From NCBI GenBank assembly GCA_041663145.1, contig JBAZRG010000003.1:1000-64999 (forward strand): a stretch of 64,000 bases of DNA. Direction: 5' to 3'. The translations under genes were made by a program, and so were the position numbers. The stretch comes from Minisyncoccota bacterium (GTDB lineage Bacteria > Patescibacteriota > Minisyncoccia > Phycocordibacterales > PALSA-1337). Position 1 is the stretch's first letter; the number at the start of each line of letters is the position of its first letter. The notes beneath the pieces are model-generated. The model ran no database searches. It saw only the letters and a list, made by a program, of their open reading frames with translations, and was not told where the DNA came from. Below, in pieces: positions 1-8,950 of the stretch.

Positions 1-614
1 ACGTTAATTCCAGAAGCCTTATCATTTCCCACACGACTTTCCTGATATGCAATTGTCTTAACCAAATTTGGATCGAGTAATTCCCGGGGCGGATCTGTAT
101 CTTTTGAAAATTCATCATTCCAATAATCAACAATCTTCTTAATAAGTTCATCATACTGATTATAATTCTCATCACCGTTTACTCCCTTATAAGAATATTT
201 CTTTAATTCTATGGCAGAAATAACGGATCTAATCTCTAACTCAATATCAAAAATCGCTTCTATTTTTCCCCAAAACATCCACCAAGACTTTCTTTCGCGC
301 ACTCTTACTTGAAAAGGAATCTGACATGCTTCCTTTGATGAAACATCGATGTTTATGTTTGCCTTAATTTCTCCGCTATCACTAAATGCCAAATCTTTCT
401 CAATAATTTTAATTTGAATATCTGTCTGAAGTGCCTCCTGCTGTGACTCTACAGTACCCAAAAACTGATTAATTTCTTTGTTTTCTCCAAGCCGGATTCG
501 TCTTTCCAGATTGAAAGATTTTCCCAGAATTTTTATTTCCATTCGTATATCGCGGCCGACAGATCTACCGCTGTATGTAACTCTTTTAAGTATGAGATCT
601 AAGGACTTTAACAT
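1..614 (-). CDS. hypothetical protein, 3'-truncated by window edge (start ATG at 612-614 on minus strand)
   Basis: Uninterrupted minus-strand reading frame from the ATG at 612-614 to the window edge. Translation MLKSLDLILKRVTYSG...TIAYQESRVGNDKASGINV; no confident family. Confidence 0.4.
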   Translation of the reverse strand, partial: MLKSLDLILKRVTYSGRSVGRDIRMEIKILGKSFNLERRIRLGENKEINQFLGTVESQQEALQTDIQIKIIEKDLAFSDSGEIKANINIDVSSKEACQIPFQVRVRERKSWWMFWGKIEAIFDIELEIRSVISAIELKKYSYKGVNGDENYNQYDELIKKIVDYWNDEFSKDTDPPRELLDPNLVKTIAYQESRVGNDKASGIN

Positions 615-768
615 AACTGAATTATATCATTGAATAATTAAAAAAAATCACAGTGCGCCCTATTGAACGAAGTCAGAACCGCAGTTCTCGGCATTTTTAG
701 CTATCCGCCGTTTGAGATCGTGAGGTTGTGGTAACATTATTCGTTCAGTTTGATGTTAGAATCATATC

Positions 769-1488
769 ATGGACGAAGCAGAAAAAATAAAACAAGCCGC
801 TGAAGAATATGCTCGGGCGAATAGGCAACGCATAGCCAGAGAATTAACTGATTGGCTAATATACATTCCTGATGCAATTCCTACATCGGTATTTATGGCT
901 GGTTCACCTGGTGCCGGAAAGACTGAATACTCGAGGAACTTGATAAAAATCCTCGAATAAAAAATGAATCACAGGATTATCAGGATTGATGGCGACGAGC
1001 TTCGTGAGCATATGCCCGGCTATACTGGTAATAATTCTTTCCTTTTTCAAACCGCAATATCTCTGGTGGTCGAAAGGATTCATGATATGGTTTTAGATAA
1101 TAAGCAGACATTTCTCCTTGATGGCACTCTTTCAAAATATGATAAAGCCATAGCAAATATTAAGCGCTCGTTAGGTAAGGGACGACGAGTACGCGTTTTC
1201 TATGTATATCAAAAACCTGATGTAGCTTGGGCATTTACTAAAGCTCGTGAGAAAGTAGAAGGTCGACATATTCCTAAAGATGCTTTTATACAGCAATTTA
1301 TTGACTCTCGAGAGACAATTGATCGAATAAGGAAAGATTTCGATGACAACATCATCATATCATTGGTGAAAAAGAATTTTGAGACTCATGCCGTAGAAGA
1401 TCTCATTGAAATCAGGCAAGATGGTCCCCAGATTGAACATTATGTCGGGGTAGGATATACTAGGGATGATTTAGAGAAATTACTATGA
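769..1488 (+). pseudogene. zeta-toxin/AAA_33-like P-loop kinase, single reading frame interrupted by in-frame TAA at 958-960
   Basis: ORFs 769..960 and 964..1488 are in the same frame (964-769=195). Walker A GSPGAGKT lies in the first piece and the zeta-toxin-like IRIDGDELR block starts immediately after the stop. Confidence 0.55.
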
Positions 1489-1667
1489 TAAACAAACTCA
1501 AAAACATATTCAGAGGAAAGAAAGTGGAGGGACCTAAAAAATATGAAGGTCTTTCTGACTTTTTCATGCATGCTCCAGCTGACGAACAAAAGAAAGTCTT
1601 TACCGAAGCCGCTCGAAGGGCAAATGAAGATCAAATGAAAGTCTTCAAGCAAGCTCAAGAGGTTTAG
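1485..1667 (+). CDS. small hypothetical protein (60 aa), start overlaps stop of upstream kinase ORF (ATGA)
   Basis: ORF with ATGA overlap; charged helical sequence; no family recognised. Confidence 0.3.
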   Translation: MINKLKNIFRGKKVEGPKKYEGLSDFFMHAPADEQKKVFTEAARRANEDQMKVFKQAQEV

Positions 1668-1722
1668 GCTTAACAAAAAGTGATGTATGGAGATGGTCTA
1701 TCTCACTGACCAGTAATTTTTG

Positions 1723-1796
1723 TGCGCCCAGTTGGATTCGAACCAACGACCCACTCCTTAAAAGGGAGTTGCTCTACCACCTGAGCTATGGGCGCA
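1723..1796 (-). tRNA. tRNA-Lys (anticodon TTT)
   Basis: Reverse complement GCGCCCATAGCTCAGGTGGTAGAGCAACTCCCTTTTAAGGAG...GGTTCGAATCC...GGGCGCA folds as a cloverleaf with anticodon loop CTTTTAA. Confidence 0.8.
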
Positions 1797-1935
1797 AGCG
1801 AGGACAAAGAACGAATGCTCCTGCGTTCGGTATTGGTCCGAGCGCAGCGCCTATATCGAGCGAAGCGAAGATATGGGCGCAAGCAAACCGTAGCTCACAG
1901 CATACTAATATTTTGATGCTTTAGTCAAATTGGGA

Positions 1936-2262
1936 TTATTTCTTCAAGGGATCCATTTTTTGTTCTTTCATGAACTTTTGCAGTTCCTGCTGATCCCTAT
2001 TGAATTCTTGTTCGATAGTAGCCGCCCGTCTTTTGAGCTCGTCGACATGACTCCGTACGCCATTTGCTTCATTTTCCATTTTTTGGAGTTCTTGTTTTTT
2101 TCTTTCGATCTCACGATCTTTTCTTTCCAATTCAACAGATTTCAATTCTATTTGTTTCCTCTCATCTTGTATTTGTTTTTTTAGAAGTGCCAATGCTTCC
2201 AGTGAATTTGTATGCATATTGAATGAATTAGAGCCTATAATCGAAACCAAATAATCCTGCAC
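1936..2262 (-). CDS. coiled-coil hypothetical protein
   Basis: 108-aa ORF rich in E/K/R/Q heptad-like repeats. Confidence 0.45.
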   Translation of the reverse strand: MQDYLVSIIGSNSFNMHTNSLEALALLKKQIQDERKQIELKSVELERKDREIERKKQELQKMENEANGVRSHVDELKRRAATIEQEFNRDQQELQKFMKEQKMDPLKK

Positions 2263-2590
2263 CTGTAACTAAGATAGATATAGCCATGACCAATAGTAGA
2301 AGGTAATAGTTGATGCCATCAGTGAGAAATGCGCGATTGCGAATCTTACCCACAATGAGCACGATAAGATATATTATTATAAATAAAGCGGCTACCTGAG
2401 ACCAGAGGCCGATCACGAGGAGTAAACCAGCTAACATCTGTGCTGTTGCCAGTGTTTTTCTTGGGATCGTCACGTTTGCTTGTCGAAATGTCTTATAAGC
2501 AAAGAAAAGAAAAGTGATGCCAAGAACAATACGAATCAGAAATGGCGACAATTCGGACCAAGACAAGAGAGATGGAAATACAGAAGTCAT
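2228..2590 (-). CDS. DoxX-like integral membrane protein
   Basis: Three to four predicted TM helices; LRIVLGITFLF...MLAGLLLVIGLW resembles the DoxX family. Confidence 0.5.
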   Translation of the reverse strand: MTSVFPSLLSWSELSPFLIRIVLGITFLFFAYKTFRQANVTIPRKTLATAQMLAGLLLVIGLWSQVAALFIIIYLIVLIVGKIRNRAFLTDGINYYLLLLVMAISILVTGAGLFGFDYRL

Positions 2591-2626
2591 GTTGATGTAT
2601 CGGTTATATTTGGTTAATGTACTTAT

Positions 2627-3106
2627 ATGATAACAAAAACGCGTGATATCCGCCTCCTCCTCGATAACGTTCGTAGTGTTTACAATGTCGGTTCGATATT
2701 TCGAACTGCAGAGACTATGAATGTAACCAGGATCTATTGTCTGGGTACCACTCCAGTGCCTATAGATCGTTTTGGGCGAAAAAGAAAGGATTTCGCCAAA
2801 GTTTCACTCGGTGCCGAAGATATGGTGGCTTGGGAGCATATAAGTGAAGTAGATGAGCTCATAAATGAATTAAAAAAAGATGGGTTTCAAATACTTTCAG
2901 TAGAACAGTCAGAGGATGCGGTTGATTATAAGAAAATTAAACCTCAGTCGAAAACTCTAGTTATTTTTGGTAATGAAGTGGACGGGGTTTCTTCTTCACT
3001 GTTAAAGATGTCAGATCTGATCGCGGAGATCCCACTTCAAGGTAAAAAAGAATCACTAAATGTCTCTGTTTCGGTTGGTATAGCTCTATATGGAATTTTT
3101 GGATAG
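2627..3106 (+). CDS. SpoU/TrmH-family RNA 2'-O-methyltransferase
   Basis: Motifs NVGSIFRTA, IFGNEVDGV and IPLQG..SLNVSVSVGIALY typical of the SPOUT TrmH class. Confidence 0.7.
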   Translation: MITKTRDIRLLLDNVRSVYNVGSIFRTAETMNVTRIYCLGTTPVPIDRFGRKRKDFAKVSLGAEDMVAWEHISEVDELINELKKDGFQILSVEQSEDAVDYKKIKPQSKTLVIFGNEVDGVSSSLLKMSDLIAEIPLQGKKESLNVSVSVGIALYGIFG

Positions 3107-4018
3107 GACTTGATGTAGGGAACAGTAGTGAGTGCTTCTTCCTCCGAGAACAATTCTTTTGATTGTTCCTTTGCATCCTTTCATCTCACAATGTTGTCCA
3201 GTTTTTCTATACGCAAAATGATGTTCTTGGAATTTTCCTTTTTCACCGTCTACGTTGCGATAATCAGACATAGAATCTCCGCCGAGCTTGATGCCCTTGG
3301 ACAAGAGTGATCTTATGGCTACATAAAGCTCTTTTAGTTTATCTTTCGGAATATTTGCGATCTTTTCGGCTGGGTGAATTCGGGCTCGCCAGAGGGTTTC
3401 ATCGGCATAGATATTTCCAATACCAGCAATTATGGACTGATCAATTAGCGATTGTTTGATTTTACTTTGTGGTTTTCGAAAGAGTCGGTCTTTGAATTTA
3501 TCAAAAGTAAATTGTGCTTCCAGTGGTTCTGGACCGATCCCACTCAAATGAATGGAATGATGGGCTGTATCTCTCGGCAGGACTGTCACTTTGGCAAATC
3601 TTCTAACGTCAGATAGGGCGAGATGATAGCCATTTGATAGGGAAATAACCAGCCGAATATGCCTATTATAAGGATCTTTTAATGATTCGGGTTCTATAGG
3701 TACCCACGGATCTTTTTTGATTTTCGCATCGTACTTATAATGCCCAAATAATAAATGTCCAGTCATCTTCATGTGAATGAGTATTGTCTGACCATCCGTT
3801 ACATTTATAAGGATATTTTTTGCCCGTCTTTCGACAGAGATAATCTTTTTTCCAGTTATAGTCTTTTTGAAATATTTGAAATATCGGGGGTCCTTTATTG
3901 TCTCGGATCCTTTGAAGTAGTCACTATTGTAATTTGACCAAACATCTCGAATAGTTAGATTGATTACCTTCGTTTTGAGGCCATTTACAGTTGTTTGGAC
4001 TTCTGGTAGTTCCGGCAT
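3086..4018 (-). CDS. mutM: formamidopyrimidine-DNA glycosylase (Fpg/MutM)
   Basis: N-terminus MPELPEV (catalytic Pro2/Glu3), H2TH region, C-terminal zinc finger CxxC..C..C. Confidence 0.85.
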   Translation of the reverse strand: MPELPEVQTTVNGLKTKVINLTIRDVWSNYNSDYFKGSETIKDPRYFKYFKKTITGKKIISVERRAKNILINVTDGQTILIHMKMTGHLLFGHYKYDAKIKKDPWVPIEPESLKDPYNRHIRLVISLSNGYHLALSDVRRFAKVTVLPRDTAHHSIHLSGIGPEPLEAQFTFDKFKDRLFRKPQSKIKQSLIDQSIIAGIGNIYADETLWRARIHPAEKIANIPKDKLKELYVAIRSLLSKGIKLGGDSMSDYRNVDGEKGKFQEHHFAYRKTGQHCEMKGCKGTIKRIVLGGRSTHYCSLHQVLSKNSI

Positions 4019-4066
4019 AAGTGCAATCTAACACCAGAAGAGAAATGTGTCACTTACATTACTGCT

Positions 4067-5368
4067 TTGCGGTGTCTCTGCTATAATATTGCCATGCGTC
4101 ATTATCTCGTAACTCTCTTTGCCGTCATCGTCTTTGTTTTTCCTTGGTTTGCTATGAGTTATCCAGCGCAAACACACTCATTTTTAAATGAGTTAAGGAC
4201 TATTGGAAATCAATTGGCCTCAGTCATCTTGTCTCATAATCCAAAAACTGTTGATGCGATAAGGTCGCGTTATAATGGAGATAAACCATTCAGTTCTAGG
4301 AGCCAAGCAAAAAAAGTTCGTATTCTACTTGTTCCCGGTCACGAGCCAAATTACGGCGGTGCGGAGTTCGGTTCTCTCAAAGAAAGAAATATGACGGTTG
4401 AATTGGCTGCGGATCTGCGGGATTATATATCCAAGAACGATCGTTATGAAATCTTCGTTAGTCGTGATCATGATTCGTGGCAACCTATATTCGCGGATTA
4501 TTTCAAAACTCATGCTGATGCTATAAATGTCTGGCAGAAAGCTCATAAAGAGGAAATTATCAATCTGGCCCGTCTCGGAGAATACAAGCGCACGACTCCG
4601 GCCGTATTTCACAATGAGGCTCCAACTGATGTGGCTTTGCGTCTGTACGGAATAGATAAATGGTCAAATGAAAATGATATCGATATCATCCTTCACATTC
4701 ATTTCAACGATTATCGTCGTCCTTCCTGGACAGCGTCGGGCGTATATTCTGGTTTTTCCATATATGTGCCGGAAAAACAATATTTTAACAGCACAACTAC
4801 CAATGTTTTGGCTCAGACGATCTTCAAGCGCTTGGAAAAATACAATGCTGTATCTGATCTTCCCGGAGAGAAGACTGGAATAATCGAGGATCAAGACCTG
4901 ATAGCTGTTGGATCTTACAATTCTGTAAATGCCGCAAGCATGCTTATAGAATATGGGTATATTTATGAACCGCAGTTTGCTGATGAAACTATTCGAACTC
5001 TGGCTATTAAGGATTTGGCATATCAGACTTATTTGGGTTTGCAGGATTTCTTTGATGATAAAAGGGATGAGGATTTGGAACATTCATACGAAAGCGCTTT
5101 GTTGCCGTATGTTTGGTCAAAGGTTATTGACGAGAAAACAGTATCTCCAGATGTCTTCACATTGCAAACAGCATTACTCATGGATGGAGTCTATCCACCA
5201 AAAGAAAAAAATAAAAATGATTGTCCTCGCACAGGTATGATAGGGATGTGTACCAAGACGGCCTTGGAAGTCTTTCAAAATAAATACAGGATCACTGGTG
5301 AAAAGGGTACTGTTGGACCAAAAACTATAGAGGTCTTGAATAAAGTCTACGGCAGTAGAACTATGTGA
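4067..5368 (+). CDS. N-acetylmuramoyl-L-alanine amidase (Amidase_3-like) with C-terminal peptidoglycan-binding domain
   Basis: N-terminal TM/signal; LLVPGHEPNYGGAEF...E...H amidase block; C-terminal PG_binding_1-like TVGPKTIEVLNKVYG. Confidence 0.65.
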   Translation: MRCLCYNIAMRHYLVTLFAVIVFVFPWFAMSYPAQTHSFLNELRTIGNQLASVILSHNPKTVDAIRSRYNGDKPFSSRSQAKKVRILLVPGHEPNYGGAEFGSLKERNMTVELAADLRDYISKNDRYEIFVSRDHDSWQPIFADYFKTHADAINVWQKAHKEEIINLARLGEYKRTTPAVFHNEAPTDVALRLYGIDKWSNENDIDIILHIHFNDYRRPSWTASGVYSGFSIYVPEKQYFNSTTTNVLAQTIFKRLEKYNAVSDLPGEKTGIIEDQDLIAVGSYNSVNAASMLIEYGYIYEPQFADETIRTLAIKDLAYQTYLGLQDFFDDKRDEDLEHSYESALLPYVWSKVIDEKTVSPDVFTLQTALLMDGVYPPKEKNKNDCPRTGMIGMCTKTALEVFQNKYRITGEKGTVGPKTIEVLNKVYGSRTM

Positions 5369-5369
5369 G

Positions 5370-5515
5370 CCTGGTGAACATTGTCCCGAAACGACTCGCA
5401 ATGTGATTTGAACCCCGAACAAATTGCCCATATTTGAGTAGTTCCATCTACTCAAATATGGTTGCAATTTGGAGTGGGTGACCTTGCGAGGAGTTGAGGG
5501 ACAATGTTCACCAGG
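5370..5515. repeat. MITE-like element A: perfect 18-bp terminal inverted repeats (5370-5387 / 5498-5515) with nested 14-bp hairpin and conserved 26-nt core (5465-5490)
   Basis: cctggtgaacattgtccc ... gggacaatgttcaccagg; inner hairpin ccatatttgagtag/ctactcaaatatgg; core caatttggagtgggtgaccttgcgag is shared with element C at 45073-45097. Fills the gap between convergent amidase and murE genes. Confidence 0.6.
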
Positions 5516-5529
5516 CTTCACTATCAGTT

Positions 5530-6822
5530 TTACTTGAGAAGTTCTTCCTCAGCGATCCTGTAGTCACTCCATGGGGTTTTTGTTCCATTTGGTCCCATGA
5601 TGTATGGGTCGGTGCCTTTACCGGTGATAAGTATGGAATCACCAGCATTTGCAATACGAATGGCTTCACGAATCGCCAATCTTCTATCCATGATGATCTG
5701 GGGCTTCTTGTTTTTTATGCCAAGAGCGACATCAGCTACGATCTTGTCTGGATCTTCATCGTAAGGATCTTCATTGGTGAGGAATATTATGGAGCAATAT
5801 TTTTCTGCTAGACGTCCCATTTCGGCACGTTTCCATGTATCACGACCTCCACCTGTGCCTCCTAATATGCAGATATTTTGCCCTTGACTATTACGACCTT
5901 GACCAGTCGCGCCAGAGGATTTATCAAAGACTTTGTAAAACTTTTCTAGTGAATCAGGAGTATGCGCATAGTCGACAACTATCTCGAATCCTTTTGGAGA
6001 TTTTATCTTTTGTACGCGACCGGGGATTTCACTTATCTTTTCGATAGCTCGGATGATGGTTTTATCGTCTACGCCGAATGATCGGGCTGTGGTCACTGCG
6101 GATATTATGTTGTAGAGATTGAATATACCTGATAGTTGCGATGATACAGTCTGTCCATTTAAGGTGAATTTCAAACCTTCTTTTTCTATAGAATATGGCT
6201 CAGCGTTTTGAATACCGTAGGTGATTTTATTATCAGCCTCGCAAGCCAGAAATTTTTGACTCTCTTTATCGTCACTATTGGCGATGATGGTTGTGCCAGA
6301 TTTTCCAGATCTGGAAATGTGCTTGGCTAGTTCAAGCTTTGAATTTAAATAATTTTCATATGAACCGTGAGCCTCTATGTGCTCTGGTGAGATATTGGTA
6401 AATACGAGAGTATTGATCTTTATGAATCTGTGACGATATTGGAGAGCGCCTTGAGAAGTCATTTCCATAATTAGAAACTGACACCCAGAATCTACAGCTT
6501 TTCTGATCAGACGTTGAGCAAAAAATCTGCCCGGCATGCTCATTTTGAACAGATTCGGATGTGAATCGTTACCGACTTTATAGCGAATCGTATTTGATAG
6601 GGCGGTCTTGTATCCGGCTTCCTCCAGAATCGCATTCAATATTTCTGTTGTTGAACTTTTGCCTTTTGTGCCTGTTACCGCTATGACGGTGATGTTCTTT
6701 GAAGGGAATCGATACCAAAGGGCGGCCAGGAAGGCCAATTTCCAATGATAAATAGGACTCAAAACTTCGAATAGTTTTTTTGGCATGAGTCTTCGAATTG
6801 TTCCTAAGATATTATCAATCAT
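5530..6822 (-). CDS. murE: Mur ligase, probable UDP-MurNAc-L-Ala-D-Glu:2,6-diaminopimelate ligase (MurE)
   Basis: VTGTKGKSST P-loop, Mur ligase middle and C domains, DYAHTPDSL motif characteristic of MurE. Confidence 0.7.
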   Translation of the reverse strand: MIDNILGTIRRLMPKKLFEVLSPIYHWKLAFLAALWYRFPSKNITVIAVTGTKGKSSTTEILNAILEEAGYKTALSNTIRYKVGNDSHPNLFKMSMPGRFFAQRLIRKAVDSGCQFLIMEMTSQGALQYRHRFIKINTLVFTNISPEHIEAHGSYENYLNSKLELAKHISRSGKSGTTIIANSDDKESQKFLACEADNKITYGIQNAEPYSIEKEGLKFTLNGQTVSSQLSGIFNLYNIISAVTTARSFGVDDKTIIRAIEKISEIPGRVQKIKSPKGFEIVVDYAHTPDSLEKFYKVFDKSSGATGQGRNSQGQNICILGGTGGGRDTWKRAEMGRLAEKYCSIIFLTNEDPYDEDPDKIVADVALGIKNKKPQIIMDRRLAIREAIRIANAGDSILITGKGTDPYIMGPNGTKTPWSDYRIAEEELLK

Positions 6823-6826
6823 ATTA

Positions 6827-7405
6827 TTATCCGAGCATCTTTAATGCGGCTTTGATCTTGGCACTAGTATCTGTGATCTCTGGGGAAACCTTCTTCATGG
6901 CTTCACGAGCATCATCGGCATCATATCCGAGCGCCTTTAGGGCTTCAATAGCGTCCATATCGCTCGATAGTCCAGCGGCAAACTCTGCTCCAGCTTCTCC
7001 GTCTATGACACCGAGCTTGTCTTTGAGTTCCAGTACGATCTTTTCGGCGGTCTTTCGACCAATACCGGAGACCTTTACTAGGTGTGCGGTAGAACCGGTC
7101 CTTATGGCATTTATAAGGGTATCGCTCGATACGGCCGATAGTATATTCAAAGCGCCTTTTGGTCCAATACCGGAGATACTGATCAAGAGTTCAAAGAAAT
7201 CTTTTTCTTTTTTGGAAATGAAACCAAAAAGGTCGAGGGCATCTTCACGAACTGCCAAATATGTGGAAAAAGTCTTTTCATCACCCATTTTCATTCCATG
7301 GATACTGTCGGCAGTCAGAAAAACCTTGTATCCAATGCCATTTACTTCCAAAACCACGAAACGGGTATCGATATGTATTACCTTACCGTGAAGTGAAGCT
7401 ATCAT
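6827..7405 (-). CDS. ruvA: Holliday junction DNA helicase subunit RuvA
   Basis: N-terminal OB fold MIASLHGKV, two HhH motifs (ISGIGPKGA, VSGIGRKTAEKI), C-terminal RuvB-binding domain. Confidence 0.85.
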   Translation of the reverse strand: MIASLHGKVIHIDTRFVVLEVNGIGYKVFLTADSIHGMKMGDEKTFSTYLAVREDALDLFGFISKKEKDFFELLISISGIGPKGALNILSAVSSDTLINAIRTGSTAHLVKVSGIGRKTAEKIVLELKDKLGVIDGEAGAEFAAGLSSDMDAIEALKALGYDADDAREAMKKVSPEITDTSAKIKAALKMLG

Positions 7406-7469
7406 ACGGAAATCATAGCATTTTTTTGCTTTTTTACTTACTATGTGATAGTTTTACCATACAAAAAAT

Positions 7470-7736
7470 ATGGCAATAACCTCATCAGCTAAGAAGGCAC
7501 TCAGAGTCTCAAAAAAGAAGCGCGTCTTCAATTTGCGCCGAAAAAATGAGATCGAGAAGCAACTCAAGGCTTTTCGCAAGTTTATCGAAGCCAAAGACAA
7601 AGATGCGGCTACAAAGATGGTAGCAGTTCTATATAAGGCACTTGACAAGGCCGTTAAGACTGACTACATCAAGGCAAATGCTTCTTCACGTCTGAAATCC
7701 CGCGCAATGAAGGCTTTGAATAAGTTAGTAAAGTAA
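7470..7736 (+). CDS. rpsT: 30S ribosomal protein S20
   Basis: 88 aa basic helical protein; SAKKALRVSKKKRVFNLRRK N-terminus matches S20. Confidence 0.85.
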   Translation: MAITSSAKKALRVSKKKRVFNLRRKNEIEKQLKAFRKFIEAKDKDAATKMVAVLYKALDKAVKTDYIKANASSRLKSRAMKALNKLVK

Positions 7737-7761
7737 AAAAACTTAAATTACTGAATTGAAA

Positions 7762-7800
7762 AACCGTTCTGTGAATTGCACAGAGCGGTTTTTCTTTTTT
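7762..7800 (+). terminator. Rho-independent terminator after rpsT
   Basis: aaccgttctgtgaattgcacagagcggtt followed by tttcttttttt. Confidence 0.7.
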
Positions 7801-7829
7801 ACTGGATGTGATAGTGTAATTCCACAAAC

Positions 7830-7902
7830 GCCCTCGTCGTTCAATGGATAGGACGCAAGATTGCGGATCTTGCAATGTAGGTTCGATTCCTACCGGGGGC
7901 AC
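7830..7902 (+). tRNA. tRNA-Arg (anticodon GCG)
   Basis: GCCCTCGTCGTTCAATGGATAGGACGCAAGATTGCGGATCTTGCAATGTAGGTTCGATTCCTACCGGGGGCA; anticodon loop TTGCGGA; G34 arginine isoacceptor is unusual for bacteria. Confidence 0.7.
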
Positions 7903-8045
7903 AAATGAGCGAAGCGAATTTTGTGCCCCCGAGCAAGGCGCCTGCGCGCCTTGCGGGTAGGAATCGAAGACCTTGAGCATATCCCGATTTCAATCGGGAT
8001 GCGAAAGGTGTACTGAAACTGTAAGTTTCGATTCCTACCGGGGGC
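7903..8045. repeat. partial tRNA-Arg 3'-half copies: one inverted (hairpin-interrupted) and one 23-nt direct repeat (8023-8045) of T-arm+acceptor
   Basis: gttcgattcctaccgggggcac recurs at 8023-8045. The reverse complement of 7919-7975 contains a T-arm and acceptor separated by the palindrome gcaaggcgcgcaggcgccttgc. Confidence 0.55.
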
Positions 8046-8126
8046 ACCTTTAGTGAGACAAACCGAGGTGGGTGAGAGTTGGTAAGTTGCTTTAGAAATA
8101 CTTCATTCTAAGTTAATATTAAGCAT

Positions 8127-8804
8127 ATGATCAAATTCAATGAAGTCACTTGGTATTCAAAACTAGCAGCAATTATATTTTTCATTGGAATTTTGCCTGC
8201 CCTGACCTTTTATATAGGGATGCGATATCAACACGTTTTGGAATCAAGTAACCTCCAGGTAAATATTCCACAAATCACTAAGAAGCCTGAACCAGGAATA
8301 GTTCCTAAACTCATTGGTGAGGAAGGATGCTACCAGAATTCTAATTATTTCGTGATTACAAAAGATCTCTCCGATTCAGTCGGATCAAATATTCTAGTAA
8401 AATATAAGAAAGAAAATAGTCAAAAGTTTGATTGTACATATACGGTTGAGAAAGATGATTTTGAACTGAAGAACGCAGTTGCAGAGTACTTAATGACAAT
8501 AGAAGGAAATTTTTTGATTACGGACGCCGGAACAGGACCAGGTCCAAGAGGAATTCAAATCTATGATTTAAATTTCAAGAAGGAAGTATTCAAAAGTGTC
8601 TACTCAAGCCCGATTGAAATTAAGGATGGATTGATAACATATTGGAAGCCTACAAATGAAGCCGTTACGAAAAACAACTGTCCAAAGCTAGATGAGTATA
8701 CCGCCTCTGGTCTTGGTGTGGGGATAGAATCTCATGTTGCTCTTACTCTTTCCACTTTAAGCCAGAGAGACTTGAGTGAGAAGCGCTGTTCTCCAAGACA
8801 GTAA
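8127..8804 (+). CDS. hypothetical membrane-anchored secreted protein
   Basis: N-terminal TM helix; no recognisable domain. Confidence 0.45.
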   Translation: MIKFNEVTWYSKLAAIIFFIGILPALTFYIGMRYQHVLESSNLQVNIPQITKKPEPGIVPKLIGEEGCYQNSNYFVITKDLSDSVGSNILVKYKKENSQKFDCTYTVEKDDFELKNAVAEYLMTIEGNFLITDAGTGPGPRGIQIYDLNFKKEVFKSVYSSPIEIKDGLITYWKPTNEAVTKNNCPKLDEYTASGLGVGIESHVALTLSTLSQRDLSEKRCSPRQ

Positions 8805-8814
8805 TTGATCCCGA

Positions 8815-8950
8815 CCGAGGTGCCTCGATCTGATATACTGAAACTACCCAAAGAACCCTTGTGGGGTCTCACCTTAGATAATCCGAGACCGAGCAAGGGC
8901 ACTACTTCGCAACCCAGTAACGCACGGGGTTGCTTCGTAGTGCGAGGCAC
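8815..8950 (+). ncRNA. candidate structured RNA (multi-stem, closed by 8-bp long-range helix)
   Basis: GC-rich relative to flanks. Helices gtgcctcg/cgaggcac, ggtctc/gagacc, gcactac/gtagtgc and gcaaccc/ggggttgc, followed by a T-run. Only a weak antisense ORF overlaps. Confidence 0.25.

Noticed and set aside
769-1488. Treating 769..960 and 964..1488 as two independent genes
   Set aside because: Same reading frame with a single TAA between them, and the kinase domain is continuous across the stop.
6798-7391. 197-aa Ser/Ala-rich plus-strand ORF antisense to ruvA
   Set aside because: ruvA on the minus strand is unambiguous; antisense ORFs of this kind are common.
8732-8950. 72-aa minus-strand ORF across the GC-rich structured region
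   Set aside because: Arg/Gly/Leu-rich antisense of a helix-rich segment; no start context.
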